A stretch of 63,372 bases of DNA, the filler included, from Nemertoderma westbladi (taxonomy: Eukaryota; Animalia; Xenacoelomorpha), in assembly GCA_032718475.1 (NCBI GenBank). It is 3 parts of 3 records of this genome, joined end to end, with 100 filler letters (N's around TTAATTAATTAA, not from the genome) between each part and the next. Parts side by side here need not be neighbours in the genome. Positions count along the whole stretch, not along the records: positions 1 to 27,319 come from JAUCBJ010007530.1; 2 more parts are not named here. The stretch is one strand, 5' to 3'. Below are positions 1-11,435 of this stretch, in pieces (the first letter of the stretch is position 1; each line of letters starts with the position of its first letter). The position numbers were made by a program, and so were the translations under genes. A model generated the notes under the pieces. That model had not been told where the DNA came from, ran no database searches, and was given only the letters and a program-made list of their open reading frames with translations.

Positions 1-3000
1 CTGCTGCTTCTTGGTCCCGCTTGACCTGAGCTCGGGTGCCTATGATAGACCTACGATGTTGGACCAGCCTAGGTTCTTTTATTACTACTGGAGGGATGAC
101 TTTCCTCACAGTGGGGGGTGAACTGGACTTACGACCAGACGGTTCTACGTCTCTATCTGAGTCGCAGATAGTTACATCTAATAAACTGTCTGACAGGTTC
201 TGCTTAGTATCAGACATGACTATGTATACCGTTGAATGTCTACTGCTGTATTACAGTCTGAGCAAGTCTAGTAACTCAGTATTAACTGCTAGCCTAGTAA
301 TTAATTACCGGTACTGCTACTCAGTGTAGCGTGATATATATAATATATTAGAATACCGGTATGCTTATAGTATATATAACTATTATTACAGACTAGGTTT
401 ATCACAGAATACCGGTATAATTTTAGCACAAATATATATAAATATATAATAGGCCTATCGGAATACCGGTATACAGCTTACAGTTTGTAGTATATATAAT
501 TCTGGACTAGAATTAATTACAAGTACCGGTATAATTTCAGCCTAAATTTATAGAAATAAAGATAATAGGCCTATCGTAAATACCGGTATGCAGTTTACAC
601 TTATAGTGTATATATATAAGTATAATTACAAACTAGAATTAATTACAAGTACCGGTATAATTTCAGCCGAAATTTATAGAAATAAAGATAATAGGCCTAT
701 CGTAAATACCGGTATATCAATTATTTTAAATAATTGAATTTCTGAATTTTAGGGTTACTTGGTTACTTTACTTACTTTATTACCGTTATTTGAGCAGTAA
801 TCCAACTGATATTGAGACCTAATGGTTGTATGGTAGGCCTACGATTTATAAATCGATAGATTTGATTTATAATATATATATACCCGTTTTAATGGGTTTT
901 GTCAATGTTTGAAATAAATGTTATTATTTCTGGGGAGTAATCACTACACAAAGCGGTGCGCTTTCAATGAAGTGTTACTTATAAGACACTAAAACAAATA
1001 ATTCTAATTTACCTAAGTTACTTAATACTACAAATTACGTACAATTCGGGTTGAGATTACAATCTCTAAATAAACACAAAATTTACAAAAAAACACAAAA
1101 TACGAATTTTTAGGGTAATTTTACAAGAAGTCTACAAACCAGCCTAACAAAGGGTTAGAAAACTGGTTATTACACGGACAGGGTACTACGGTATTTGAAA
1201 TAATAAGTAGTAGTAAATACACTGCGTTGTCTAGATATGAAAATGCCACCGCCTGACGACCTATAGCCGTATCGCTATAGGTTCTACGTTATGTATCACG
1301 GAGTGTTCCTACCTAGAAGTTAATAGAGCTAATCGAATGTGCCTATCAACCACTTTACAACACAAATATAATGCCTACACTAATTATTCTCGGAAAGCAC
1401 TGTACACTAAACCCTAAATTAGGTACGAGTACTTGTACAACAGATAATCAGTAATTAAATATACTTGAACAGCTAAAAGAACCACGGCATCTGCTGGAGT
1501 GACCGATGCACAAAATCACCAGTCTTGACCTACGCCAAGCAGCCCGTGTAGTACCGAGGTTAATTTAACTATAGCGGTATGTATAACAAACACAATTACT
1601 GTAGGAACAAACTTGGGGACTTGAATGTTGCGAATAATCGCATAAACTCTGAATAATAAATATTACGCTACGCGTACAAACTACTCAAACAAAATACAGA
1701 CCGAACACTGACAGACTACTATCAAGCCTAAACAAACCACGGTATATGCAGACTCCGAAATGATTAGGGAGTATGCGCTCTAACCCAGTAGTGCGACTTA
1801 TTCTTTAGTTGGGGGTTCACCTTACAGCGTTCGCTGCCCCTACTGCCTAATCGTACTTAATCGGACAGATGATCTACACACGCGGCAATCCGTTCAGACT
1901 TAACAACAGCCAGACAACTATCCAGCCTACAAATTATTTAAATAAAATTATACGCTACCCGTACAGACTTACACAAACAAAGTACAGACTAAACGATGAC
2001 AGACTACTCTCAAGCCTAAATAAACCACAGGACATGCAGACTCCGAAATGATTAGGGAGTATGCGCTCTAACCCAGTAGTGCGACTTATTCTTTAGTTGG
2101 GGGTTTACCTTACCGCATTGGCTGCCCCTACTTCCTAACCGTACTTAATCGGACAAGTGCTCTACACACACTGTAATCCGTTCAGACTTAACAGCAATCA
2201 GACAACAGCTCAGCCTACAAATTGTCTGTACAATCTGATGAGGTTTACACGCCTTCTGTTCAATACTGGCCTACAAACAAATAAAACTTGACAGAAATAA
2301 GTAAAAATCTCAATAAAAAACCAGGGCTGCAGTCCCTGATAAATTATTAAGGCCTACTGGTATATAATAATCAAAATCGAATAATACTGCTGTAGGTACC
2401 GGTCCGGATGATCAGGCAGTCAGGCCTACTGGTTACCGGTCGACCGGTACTTTCGACTTTATTGCTTACTGCAATAAAGAAGCTATATCCTTTAATGTTC
2501 GCGCTTTCAGACCTTTGGCAGTTTAACCCGCCAAATTAGGATGTCTGTTAGATAATAAATCACTTTAGCCGATGACAAATATTTGATTCACTACACTAGT
2601 CGAAACCAATCTGTGCGCGATCATTCACCCGCTGGATATTCCCGGGAGATTGGGTTCGACGGTTTAATTTTATTGCTATGTAAGCCTAATGTATTATTCG
2701 ACTGACAGTATTATATAATCTCTGACAATATTATTCACCTTCGGGGAATATTAACAGTTCCTTTAGGACGTGGCGCTTTATCTACATAAACAGAGTTATG
2801 ACTTAAACTACTCACAACGATATGGCTCAATTATAATTCACATATATGGCGCATTCTTTAGGAATGCTTCTTTAACAGACTCACTCATACACAATGCTGC
2901 ACAATACTGCACACTAATCTGCCAATCTTCACTGATTTTAGTCACATATAAAAGGAACACAGACTGACTCATGTAGGGTCTATCAAATAACATTAGATTC

Positions 3001-3756
3001 ACTTCAAACCACTTTAACATAAGTCACAATCGTTTATCTGTAACCCTTCTCTCTTACCTTCGGTATATCAAGAATATTGGGTTTCGGGGTTATTTATCGT
3101 TATTCCAAATATAATAATTCATCAACCATATTATGAAGAACTGACGGTAAATAGCAGTATAAAACAACAATGAAAACACTGATTGTTATGAGTTTGCAAT
3201 GTTTCAGCAGTCAGCATGTATGATCAGTCAGCAGTGATTCCATGAGTCAGGTAGTCGTTAGGTATGATCATCAGTCAGTTAAAGGATATATGCCCTTTAT
3301 AATTAAACCTACTAGTGTAAGACCAAAAACAGTAAGGCACAAAATACTTCCAAGCCGTTCTTTCTTAGGCTCAGGACTGAATGTAAACACTGCACATAGG
3401 CATTGCGTCATTTCTCGGAAATTTTCTGTACAAGGAGCCACAAAAACGCTCTAATTGGCTGACTGAACTGAGAGACGCCGTAGAACAAAGGAAATCAACA
3501 CATATGAATGTCAGCTGTTAACCGTAGTCATAGTAACTACTGTTCAAGAGTAGCTATCACCCCTTTGCGTCACGAATTGCCATAGAATCATAAAATATGC
3601 CTTTCACAGTACACATACGGAGGAAATAGGTCTTAGATCCTCTAAAAACACCGATACAGCAATAATACGGTCTCTTACACTTATTAAATCAACTACAGAG
3701 TATTTTAATGTAAAAGATAATAAAAATAACGGGGCAATTCAGCAAAGGCTTTTACA
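1..3756 (-). mobile_element. Long repetitive element, probable LTR-retrotransposon 5' end (terminus TGTAAAAGC on minus strand)
   Basis: About 790-3756 is colinear with 27420-30431 and both copies stop at ...GCTTTTACA; this copy abuts an RTE-like LINE fragment mid-sequence; internal 291-bp duplication (about 1660-2230); no PBS identified. Confidence 0.55.
2..217 (-). CDS. 5' part of an ORF open to the window edge (MSDTKQNLSDSLLDVTICDSDRDVEPSGRKSSSPPTVRKV...), possibly gag/ORF1 of the 1-3756 element
   Basis: ATG at 217 (minus) followed by 72 stop-free codons to base 2; more balanced composition than the adjacent AT-rich leader; no recognisable domain in the visible part. Confidence 0.4.
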   Translation of the reverse strand, partial: MSDTKQNLSDSLLDVTICDSDRDVEPSGRKSSSPPTVRKVIPPVVIKEPRLVQHRRSIIGTRAQVKRDQEAA

Positions 3757-3910
3757 ATGTGTGCATTGTACTTGACACAATGTACCCGGCGTAGCATTCT
3801 TGTGAATGTGCCATCCAGAGATTTGGTGTCCTCAGAAGTTAGAGCCCAGCATGGACTCCTGTAGAGGAGTACTGGAACTACTGCTGCTCTAAATAATCGG
3901 ACCTTAAGTA
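3757..3910 (-). mobile_element. RTE-like LINE fragment, cut off by the 1-3756 element
   Basis: Encodes LKVRLFRAAVVPVLLY...RMLRRVHCVKYNAHI, near identical to other LINE copies in the window. Confidence 0.85.
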
Positions 3911-4047
3911 TAGCAGTAATAGCGTAATAGCAGGAAGCCAACATTCATTCAGTAGACTACCGGAGTTCCTATTGATTGAGTCATCATTGGGAGAGCGTAT
4001 AATAGTTAAATTAATTAATCGGAATTAAATACGTAGCTAGTACCTAG

Positions 4048-4257
4048 TGACGTATATGAGTAGGGGGGTTTGGTGAACTAGGTATGACGTATATTAATGA
4101 TGTTGATATAAGTATGGATAATGGATATAGAACAAACCAAGCATTAGGCCTAGGTGTACTGCATGACTGACTACTGACTTAATAGCAGAAGTACTACACA
4201 ATAGGTCTAGGTGTACTGCATGACTGACTACTGACTTAATAGCAGACGTACTACACA
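4048..4257 (-). repeat. 3' LTR of the Gypsy element, with an extra ~57-bp tandem unit
   Basis: Matches 8973-9118; the unit CTAGGTGTACTGCATGACTGAC...ACTACACA occurs twice. Confidence 0.9.
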
Positions 4258-4423
4258 TACTTCTTTCCTGCATTGTTTTTGGTTGCCTAGCAACGATACA
4301 CTATGTTGCTGAGTTACAGTGCTAGGATACCAATACAGCTAAACTTGATTGCTTTTACAGCACTAGAGCAAGAATATAGTATTTATATTGTAGATATCTG
4401 TCTCCCGATTGTGTATTTCACAA

Positions 4424-7400
4424 CTATAGCGGGTCTGTGAATCCATAGCGCTGGGGGGGTCGGATATTGCGCCCAGAACGTGTACTTGATTGAGTCCGTT
4501 GGTCCGCGCGTTGTGGTGGGGTCGGTGAGGCGATGTCGGCCCAGGTCGGGGGTGTCACTGGCCGAGGGGCCTCGGGCTCTGGGGCAGCGGGCGGAGCGAT
4601 TTGCGGGATAACCGGGGGAGGGCTGGGTAGGATCGGGGTGGGAGTGGGTTGTCCACCTTCCGAGGCGGTGCGTGGGCGGAGGAAGACGCGGTTGCGCCGC
4701 AGGACGCGTCCACTCTCCTGGCGGACCATGTAGTCGTGGTTCGCCAGCGCCTCGACGACCACGCCTCGTCCCGTCCAACGCTTGGTGGTAGCGTCCTGGA
4801 CGAGGACGGGTGTCCCTACGGGTATGACATGGAGGGGGCGGGTGCGGAGGTCGTAGGCTGCGCGGAGGTTGCTTTTAGTCTGTTCGGCAACCTCGTCGAG
4901 TTCCTGGAAGCTCTTCCTCCACTTGGGGTCGAATGAGTTGAAGTGGGCGGGCAAAGCTTCCCGGATATTGCGTCCGTAGAGGAGTTCCGCAGGTGAGCGC
5001 CCTCCATATCGTGGGGTGTTGCGGAACGCGAGTATACCCTGGGCTATAAGGTCGACGTCGTGGTCGGCGCCCCGGACGAGTCGCTTCATCGCCTTGACGG
5101 CGGCTTCGGCGTGGCCGTTTTCTGCGGGGTAGGTGGGGCGACGACGGGTTTAAGTGAACCCCCCAGTTGTTGAGGAAGTTCTTCACGGCCTCGGATACGA
5201 ACTGTGGGCCGCCATCTGGGTGGAACTCCAGGGGGACTGCTGTGGCGAGGAACAGGAGCCGGAGGTTACGGATGATGGCAGCGGATGTCGTATCGGAACC
5301 GAGGAGGAACAACGTGGGCCAGCCGGTATATTCGTCGGTAGCGACCATGTAGTTGGTGCTGTCGACGACGAACAGGTCGGCGTGGATCCTCTGGAATGGG
5401 CGGGTGGCCTCGGGGTTCCGTTGGAGGGGTTCCGGTGTGTGGGAGGGCAGGGACGACTGGCAGGACTGGCAGCGTTCGATGGCGACGGCGATGTCGTTCG
5501 ATATCGTAGGCCACCAGACCGACCGGGCCGCGCGTTCCCGGGTTTTATTGAGTCCCTGGTGGGCGGCGTGGAGCAGTCGGAGGGTGTTGGGCCGGAGCGC
5601 CCCCGGGATGTAGATCTGCGGCCCACGAAGGATTACTCCATCATGGACCATCAGTTCCATGCGGTGCTGGAAGTAGGGCCGCATGTCGTCGTTAGCCACG
5701 TTGTGGCGGGACGTCGGCCAGCCGTCCCGGATCGTGGCGAGGAGCGCCACATAGATCGGGTCGGCGGCACCGGCTGTCCGGATCTCCTGGAGGCGGGCAT
5801 CGCGGTCGTCGATCGTCGGAATGGACTCGGCGAGAGCAGCGGAGACAATAAACTCGCGGTCGTTGTCATCTTCGGCTGCGAGGACGAAGTCGTCCGGAGT
5901 GGGTTTTTTGCGTGGGCAGCGGGAGAACGCGTCGGCGACGAGGTGGCGGGCCCCCTTCTGGTGGCGCGCGGTAAAGTTAAACCGCGAGAGGGCCGTCTTC
6001 AGCTTTAGTAGCCGATCGTTGGTGACTTGGTCGAGTCGCCTGTCATTTAGGATGGGTATTAAGGGGCTGCAGTCGGTGACTAGTTCGAAGTGGTTCAGCC
6101 CATGTAGAAAGTAGCGGCATTTATGAGCCGCCCAGGCCGCCCCGAGGGCCTCCAGCTCGGCCATCCCGGACCAGTTCGCCTCGTGTTTGGCGAGTGTTCG
6201 GGAGCCGCACTGGATGGTGAGCCATCGGTTTGGGGCCGGGTCCCACTGCCGGAGGAGGAAGCCGAGGCCGTGGAGGCGCGAGGCGTCAGTCAGTAGTTCA
6301 GTCCGCCTGTCGGGGTGGAAACCTGAGAGGTATAGTGGACTCGACAGCGCGGTCCGGGTTGCCTCGAACGCGTTCTGGTGCTGCGGAAGCCAAACCCAGG
6401 CGGCCCTGTCCGTGTTGAGACTGCGGAGGGGGTCGACGAGTTGGGAGATCTCGGGAGTCGAGTTTCCCAACTGTTGGGCGAGGCCCAGGAAGGAACGGAG
6501 TTCGCGGCGGTTAGTTGGGGCCGGGAAGTGGCGGAGGTCGTCGGTGAGGGCCGGATCGATCCGGTAGTGCCCGTGACTGACGAGGTAGCCCCCGAACCGG
6601 ACCTCGGGGAGGCAGTACTGGACTTTGTCGGTGTTCAGCGATACGTTGGCGGTGTCGCAGGCTGCGAGGACGCGGGCGACGGCCTCCGGGTGTTCCTCGG
6701 CCGTGTCAGTGTGGATGATGACATCCTCCACTATCCGCCCGATGTTGGGGACTCCGCTGAGAGCGCGCGCCATCCTCGCGTTAAACACATCGGAGCTGCC
6801 GTGCCACCCCATGGGCATCCGCCGGTAGCGGAAGTGGCCGCGTGGGGTTGTGAAGGTGGTGAGACGGCGGCTGGCGAGGTCGAGGCCCACCTGGTGAAAC
6901 CCTTTAAGACCGTCGAGAACGGTGAAGTAGCGGGCCGAGGTGGGAATTCTCGAGACGACGTGGAACGGAGAGGGGGAGAAGTAGTTGGGGCGAACTGTGG
7001 CTTTATTAAGTTCGCGTAAATCAACCGTTATGCGGACTTTGTTGGGGTCGCTTTTCTTCCGCGTAACGACCATCGGGCTGAGCCACTCGCCCGGGTTGTT
7101 CTCGTCCCCGGCGGGCTCCAGGATCCCCATGGCGATCTGGTCGTCGAGTTCCCGGTTGAACGCGGCCTCCAGGTTGACAGGGATGGAGCGGTTCGTATAG
7201 GACTGGTTGGGCTGGGCGCCGGGGGTGAGGTTGATGGTGAGTTCCCCTCCCGCCATGACTCGGCACTGCCCTGACAGTGGGCGGGGGAAACGGCGGTGTA
7301 GGGCTTCCCAGTCGGAGTGGGCGGATGCTACTGGGGGTGCCGGAGCGCCCGGTGGGGGTGACGGTGTGTTGGCGTTGGGTTTGGGTGGCCCAACAGGGAC

Positions 7401-8021
7401 TGGTGGCTGGGCATCGGTGGGTGGCGGCGGCGTGATTGGCTTGGTTTGTTCTATAACCATGTGGTTCGTAATTGCCGCCAAGTTGCCACCGCGGAGTATC
7501 GGACTCCGCAGTACTCCCAGGGTGAAACACACCCTTCGGGAGAGGAGGGGCTGTTGCAACCCGTCGAGCACCCATAGGTCGGTGGTGCACACAGTTCCGA
7601 GGGCGGTGCACTGGAGGGTGGCGTTAAATATCCCCTTAAAGGTCCACCCGAGGCGGCTCCCATTGGCGAGGCGGGGTGCCAGCGGGGTCTCGGAGTCCTT
7701 GTGGCTCGTCATCGGTTGGCCGTCGGGGTGGCGGAGGTTCTCGTGGCGGCCTCCGAACGCCCTGTAGATCCGCCAAGGGATGGTGGTCACGTTGGCTCCG
7801 GAGTCCGGGAGGAACTGCAGCTCCGGGATACCGCGGGTCGGGTCCTTGGTGACCTGGAAGCCGATGGTCACGGTTTCGAGGGACTCGAGTCTCTCCATGG
7901 CCGAGACGTCCGGGATGGAGTCCAGGTCGAGTCCGTCCAGGATCGTGGACCAGACCTGGGCGTTGTGGGCGGACTCGTGGTCGTCCCGTCCGTTGTCGGG
8001 TTCCTGGGTGGTGTAGTTGGC
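4424..8021 (-). CDS. pol: Pol polyprotein (protease, RT, RNase H, integrase) with a frameshift near 5120-5130
   Basis: PR FLPDSGANVT; RT LDGLKGFHQ, RMPMG, IVED; RH TDASR, ELEALG, TDCSPL, VADAFSR; IN HAAHQG..CQSC, HADLF, PDGGPQF, then NGHAEAAVK in the shifted frame running to the stop at 4424. Confidence 0.92.
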
Positions 8022-8905
8022 CTAGTCCGTGGGTTCGGCGTTGGGCGGCTGCGGCACATTCGGTCGTAGTGGCCGACTTGGTTGCAGTGGCGGCAACGGG
8101 CCGTAGCGCCCGGACAACGTTTGCCGGCCTGGTGTGGGGGGTAACCGCACTGAGGGCACTTGGAGGATGACTTCGGTTGTCGCTCCTCGTGGACCGGGCC
8201 CTGTTGGTAGCGCCGGGGTGCGGCTGTAACGCGGGTGACGGCGGCGGCGGGGTTCGAGGGCAGGGCGAGCGATGCGGCGTCCTTGCGCGCTGCCCAGACG
8301 GCTTGGGCGAGCCGCAGTGCGTCGCCGAGGGAACAGTCGTTGGGGAGACGGAGGAGTTGCTCTGTAACTTCTTTGTCGCCGAATCCCGCAGTGAACTGGT
8401 CCAGGAGGCGGTCCTCTTGGTGGGCCTCCTTAGTGGCGAGCGCGGCGAAGTCGCACTTGGCGGCCAGGTCCCGGAGGGCGACGAGGAAGGACTCCGGACT
8501 CTCCTCGGGGAGGCGGTGACGTCGGGCCAACTGCTGCCGGTAAACCCGTCGGTTGGTCCCGCCGTCGATGTGCCGCCCCAACTGATCGATGACGTCCTCC
8601 GAGTTCGCGTTTTGTTCGGTAGTAAGGGCGAGCCCCTTTACTACCGCGTTAGTGGCGCGAGAGAACGCCGTAGTGAGCGCGGCGCGACGTAGACAGAGGG
8701 TGGATCGACGTAGGTCGTTGGTGACGGCAGCATCCGGGGGATTCGCCGGGTCGGAGGTGAACAGGTTGAGGAGTCCCGATGTGGCGAGGAAGGCGTCCCA
8801 TTCATCCTTCCAGAGGTCCCACGTTGTCTTCTCCGACTCGATGTCGAAGGCGGGCGGGGAGCTTCGCAGGATGAAGGTGTGGGGGTTGCGTGGATCTGTC
8901 GCCAT
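7868..8905 (-). CDS. gag: Gag (Mag-like, two zinc knuckles)
   Basis: Likely start MATDPRNP at 8905; CPQCGYPPHQAGKRC and CRHCNQVGHYDRMC knuckles; YRQQLARR..ESPESFLVALRDLAAKCDF capsid-like motif. Confidence 0.9.
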   Translation of the reverse strand: MATDPRNPHTFILRSSPPAFDIESEKTTWDLWKDEWDAFLATSGLLNLFTSDPANPPDAAVTNDLRRSTLCLRRAALTTAFSRATNAVVKGLALTTEQNANSEDVIDQLGRHIDGGTNRRVYRQQLARRHRLPEESPESFLVALRDLAAKCDFAALATKEAHQEDRLLDQFTAGFGDKEVTEQLLRLPNDCSLGDALRLAQAVWAARKDAASLALPSNPAAAVTRVTAAPRRYQQGPVHEERQPKSSSKCPQCGYPPHQAGKRCPGATARCRHCNQVGHYDRMCRSRPTPNPRTRPTTPPRNPTTDGTTTSPPTTPRSGPRSWTDSTWTPSRTSRPWRDSSPSKP

Positions 8906-8960
8906 GTTGTTAATGGGGAATAGTAGGAGTTCGTAGGTCCAGTTTATCGGCGTGTTCGGA

Positions 8961-8972
8961 AGCACTGCGCCA
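8961..8972 (-). promoter_or_regulatory. Primer-binding site, probably tRNA-Ser-type
   Basis: TGGCGCAGTG immediately after the LTR CA; complementary to a tRNA ending ...ACTGCGCCA; tRNA identity is an inference. Confidence 0.7.
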
Positions 8973-9118
8973 TGACGTATATGAGTAGGGGGGTTTGGTG
9001 AACTTAGTATGACGTATATTAATGGTGTTGATATAAGTATGGAAATAGAACAAACCAAGCATTAGGCCTAGGTGTACTGCATGACTGACAACTGACTAAA
9101 AAGCAGAAGTACTACACA
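8973..9118 (-). repeat. 5' LTR of the Gypsy element
   Basis: Matches 4048-4200; directly followed on minus by TGGCGCAGT. Confidence 0.9.
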
Positions 9119-10253
9119 ATAGTAATGTCCTGTCCCTGAATTGTATAGGCCGATAGCCCCTTGGCCATATTGTATCTTTGGAAGGAACAATGTATTGTAG
9201 AGTAAACATAAATAACCCAATACTACGTATACATACTGTACATAAACCTCGATATTGTAAACCACACGTACACGTACATAATTATGCAGAGTACATAATC
9301 TATCAGAATATTGTAATGCATTGTACTGTACAAGTACAATTAATAGGCCCTACACTGTAAAAGTTACAGTATCTGTTTTACAGTAGTTATCTTGTCTGTA
9401 TAATAAAGTGTGTAAGTTAGGCATAACTTGTTATGTTTTCTTACTGTAGGCCTACAGTATGTCTATTTATAGGGTACAGTATGCACAATCCCTATACTAT
9501 ACTGTGATTAAATTACTATAATGATTTTTGCTATGTTATTTAATAATTTAGTAATTTAATATTTTAGTGATGGTTTTGCATTAGAGCCGTTTTCGGCACC
9601 TGGCTGCATATGCAGCGGCACCTCGCTGTACCTATGCTATATGCAACGGCACCTGGCTGCATATGCAGCGGCAGATACCGCTGCCATAAATATGAAAACG
9701 CCTAGCGGCATTGCAGCTTGCCATCACCTTTTATGCAGTTAATTTGCAGCTAATAATGGCACATACAGTAGTGGCGGCACATAGTGGCTCTAAGCTGCAC
9801 CCAGGAGCAATGCAGCGGCATACCAAAATCTAAAATGTTGAATTGCACCCATATGAAGATTATCTGGTTTTCTTTCACTTTTTTGACGAATTTTTTATTG
9901 AAATTTATTGAAATTTATATCTTATAACCTGTACAGAATACTTCTACGAATTCGTTTATTTTTTGGTTGGATTCAGCCCTTCTGTAACCAGTGTTATTAG
10001 TGAAAACCTAGTATCTGGTATGCATCACATGTGCCTAAAATTTGTAATAAAATGTATGATTATACTAACTGTACAGTACAGTATATTGTAACATTTTGCA
10101 TAGGAACCAATTTCAAATTGCTGCGAACGTGTTGTAATGGGGGGGGGGGGGGGGGGGGGGGGGGGCGACGAGCTGCAATTTAGCTAGGCGGTTTGGAATT
10201 AAATGTAAACTATATACAGTAGATGTGTCCATACAATCGAAACTACAGCCTTT

Positions 10254-11435
10254 TACTACTACTAGGATCGGCATGCTGCATTGCAGCTGCATTTTTAAGA
10301 ATGCTGTTCCGGCTTGTCAACAAAATTGCACCGCCACAACTCCCTATCACCCATGACATTTGCTAGATCTTCCGCATTTTCAAGGCCAGTGTCCTTTAAG
10401 ATGCGTCTCAAGAAAGTCATGGGCTGTCCACCATGCTTATTCACTCCATGAGGCTGCCAAAGTACAAGATTATGCACTGGCTGGTCCTCACGGCGAAAGC
10501 AATGTCCTGCAAAGCGGAGGCGATTTTGTATTAGTGTCAAGCTTGGGGGAACCAATGAGACACCTCCAATGTTATATAGTGTCTGGTTGGAGATGTGTGC
10601 ATTGTACTTGACACAATGAACCCGGCGTAGCATTCTTGTGAATGTGCCATCCAGAGATTTGGTGTCCTCAGCAGTTAGAGCCAGCATGGACTCCCGTAGA
10701 GGAGTACTGGAACTACTGCTGCTCTAAATAATCGGACCTTAAGTTTCCGATTAATTCTCGGTGACTTCCAAATCCTGGAAAGCCTATTCAATCAAGGCTG
10801 CCCATGCCTTTCCCTTACGTATTCGAAGGTCCTCACCTGACTTCCGGATCCATGATCCCAGGTAACAGAAGTCGTCCACATGCTCAAGCATACAATCCTT
10901 TGAGCTTATGCTCATCCGATCAGAACTTGCTGAGGACTTTCAAAGTTAACTGTCAAAATTTTGACAGCCAGATGCCTGTCTTTCTTTTTTGATAATTCTT
11001 CAATTATCCTTCTAAGTGCCAAAATGGGCTCCATGGTCCCACGACCTTTACGGAACCCATTCTGATTTCCACGGAGCAGTCTCAATGGGATCCCTGATGC
11101 GATTTAATAGAATCCTATTGTATAGCTTTGCAGCAATCGAGATCAATGAGATTCCCCGAAAAGAACCATAGAGTGTTAGGTTGCCCTTCTTGGGAACTGG
11201 CACCAACTTATTTGTTTTCATTTCTTGTGGGACTCTTGTTGTTCGGTACATGTCTACTATGATGGGATAGATGAGCTTTAAACACTCAGGTATTTTAAAG
11301 ACCTCAGGGGGAACACCATCTACTCCACTGGTACGATTGGTCTTAATGCTCTTTGCAGCAGTCTTTGCATTGCGTAGAACAATAGTCGTAAAAGAAATCA
11401 ATAACGTTTCAATTTGTTCTGGCTGTCGTCCTGTC
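10254..11435 (-). mobile_element. RTE-like LINE with internal deletion of the RT core; (TAG)n tail
   Basis: GVDGVPPEVFK...PVPKKGNL..FRGISLISIAAKLYNRILLNRI joined directly to the C-terminal RLRFAGHCFRR region; 3' UTR and TAG tail at 10254-10294. Confidence 0.9.

Larger units (their letters stand above)
4048..9118 (-). mobile_element. Full-length Ty3/Gypsy (Mag-like) LTR retrotransposon
   Basis: Direct LTRs 8973-9118 and 4048-4257 with TG...CA ends; PBS TGGCGCAGTG abutting the 5' LTR; purine tract CAGGAAAGAAGTA before the 3' LTR; domain order gag-PR-RT-RH-IN. Confidence 0.95.

Noticed and set aside
2225-2270. Hammerhead ribozyme core CTGATGAG
   Set aside because: No stem II-GAAA, and the second copy reads CTGATCAG
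1869-3020. Short ORFs conserved between the two copies of the long element
   Set aside because: Conservation follows overall nucleotide identity; starts and frames differ between copies and no motifs are recognisable
4533-8936. Many plus-strand and alternative-frame ORFs (e.g. 5154-6008, 6378-7019)
   Set aside because: Shadow ORFs expected from GC-rich gag-pol coding; no motifs
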